Below, piece after piece: positions 45,522 to 46,296 of a stretch of DNA of 46,296 nucleotides. The stretch comes from a virus. Taxonomy: Duplodnaviria > Caudoviricetes. The first letter of the stretch is position 1, and the number at the start of each line of letters is the position of its first letter. A program made the position numbers and the translations under genes. The stretch is from positions 1 through 46,296 of IMG/VR virus record IMGVR_UViG_3300012232_000187; one strand, written 5' to 3'. The notes under the pieces are model-generated. The model worked only from the letters and a program-made list of their open reading frames with translations. It made no database searches and was not told the origin of the DNA.

Positions 45522-46296
45522 TTGTCACGAACTATTCTCGCGTACCTCTTCGGTCGCAGACACAAGCCAAGAGAATTCCCACCGAACATCTCCGTCTCCG
45601 TCTCCGCGCCCTACATTCCTCCGGTCTACGCCAACCCCCAGAACTTCCCTGCCGGGACGATAGGGGTCAACTACGGCTACTACCCGCTTTCAGCCTCGAT
45701 GGGGACGGCTCCGTTTACCTGGAGCATGTTGTCCGGGTCCGCCGGAGGGCTGCAGTTAAGCGCACAGGGAGTTCTTACCGGGGCTCCCAACAACGGCGGT
45801 TCCTTCAGCTTCATAGCTCAAGTTGAAGACGCCAACGGGATGGTGGATTCGGAGACCTACACCATCCGCCACGCTGCTGCCGTTGGGTTAGCCACCACTC
45901 CCGTCCCTCCTCCGGGGATCAGGGGGACTCCGTACCTGTACGACTTCCAAGCCAATGTCTTTGGCGGAGTAGCGCAGTTCACATTCACTGACAACAACAA
46001 CCGCCCATCGGGGTTGACGCTATTCTCAGATGGGAGGTTAGCCGGAGTGCCAAATACGCTACAGACCGTGACCATTGGTATTACGGTGACAGACGCAGAC
46101 GGAAGGACGGGATTTCAGTCCTTTCCCATCACCATTGGGGCCGGAGTCGGGATAACCACGGGGGAACTCCCCCAGGTTCTGACCGCTACGGCTTACGGAG
46201 TGACCCCACCAGTCGTCCTACAAGCCTCTGGGGGCACCGGTACCTACACCTGGTCCATGACAGGGGCTCCGTCGTGGCTCGTCTTAACCGCCACTA
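45522..46296 (+). CDS. N-terminal part of the giant Ig-repeat fibre (runs off window end)
   Basis: TTG after GAGG; open for 258 codons: MSRTILAYLFGRRHKP..LSASMGTAPFTW..GVLTGAP..LQASGGTGTYTWSMTGAPSWL; not in ORF track. Confidence 0.85.
   Translation, partial: MSRTILAYLFGRRHKPREFPPNISVSVSAPYIPPVYANPQNFPAGTIGVNYGYYPLSASMGTAPFTWSMLSGSAGGLQLSAQGVLTGAPNNGGSFSFIAQVEDANGMVDSETYTIRHAAAVGLATTPVPPPGIRGTPYLYDFQANVFGGVAQFTFTDNNNRPSGLTLFSDGRLAGVPNTLQTVTIGITVTDADGRTGFQSFPITIGAGVGITTGELPQVLTATAYGVTPPVVLQASGGTGTYTWSMTGAPSWLVLTAT

Noticed and set aside
19023-45524. TAG recoding or readthrough, suggested by in-frame TAG-start junctions (19023-19028, 21409-21414, 45519-45524, also 5596-5601)
   Set aside because: Long genes are intact under the standard code, downstream starts at 19026, 21412 and 45522 have their own GAGG/AGGG RBS, and readthrough at terL or 23232 would give implausible overlaps or fusions
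364-45826. Many antisense and alternate-frame ORFs in the track (e.g. 2714-3454, 19395-20003, 24847-25779, 45275-45826)
   Set aside because: Shadow ORFs of GC-rich coding genes with no motifs
1-46296. CRISPR array, tRNA, integrase, CI repressor, DNA polymerase/helicase
   Set aside because: No repeat-spacer pattern, cloverleaf or matching protein motifs seen by eye; absence needs HMM confirmation and the end gap is unseen

Overview
The window is an almost complete genome (about 46 kb, GC-rich, circularly permuted) of a tailed dsDNA phage with a podovirus-type virion, infecting a Gram-negative host, probably a non-enteric proteobacterium. The + strand late region runs: terS-like HTH gene, head-fibre-like LamG/SGNH protein, gmd and an FkbM methyltransferase, terL, portal, scaffold, major capsid, two decoration paralogues, a five-gene glycosyl/methyltransferase cassette, adaptor, nozzle, GNAT-like protein, three ejection proteins, tail fibre and tailspike, a giant multi-domain Ig/glycanase protein that wraps across the window ends, a lysis cassette, a double beta-helix tailspike and a metallophosphoesterase. 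The - strand early operon (16345 to 11096) carries Sak/SSB recombination genes, an HNH endonuclease, small paralogues and a VPLPA-CTERM surface protein. A lambdoid-like rightward middle operon carries cro, a replication-protein fragment, NinG and a Q-like regulator. I found no integrase, CI repressor, helicase, primase, polymerase, tRNA or CRISPR array. The most notable signals are: (1) a 520-bp cluster of host chromosome-maintenance sites (parS, dif-like XerCD site, DnaA box, paired IHF sites) in an integrase-less phage; (2) a probable virion glycosylation system with a recurrent Ser-Ala/Thr-Ser-Ala motif in structural proteins; (3) a phage-encoded exosortase substrate. All calls come from reading motifs by eye; no searches were run.
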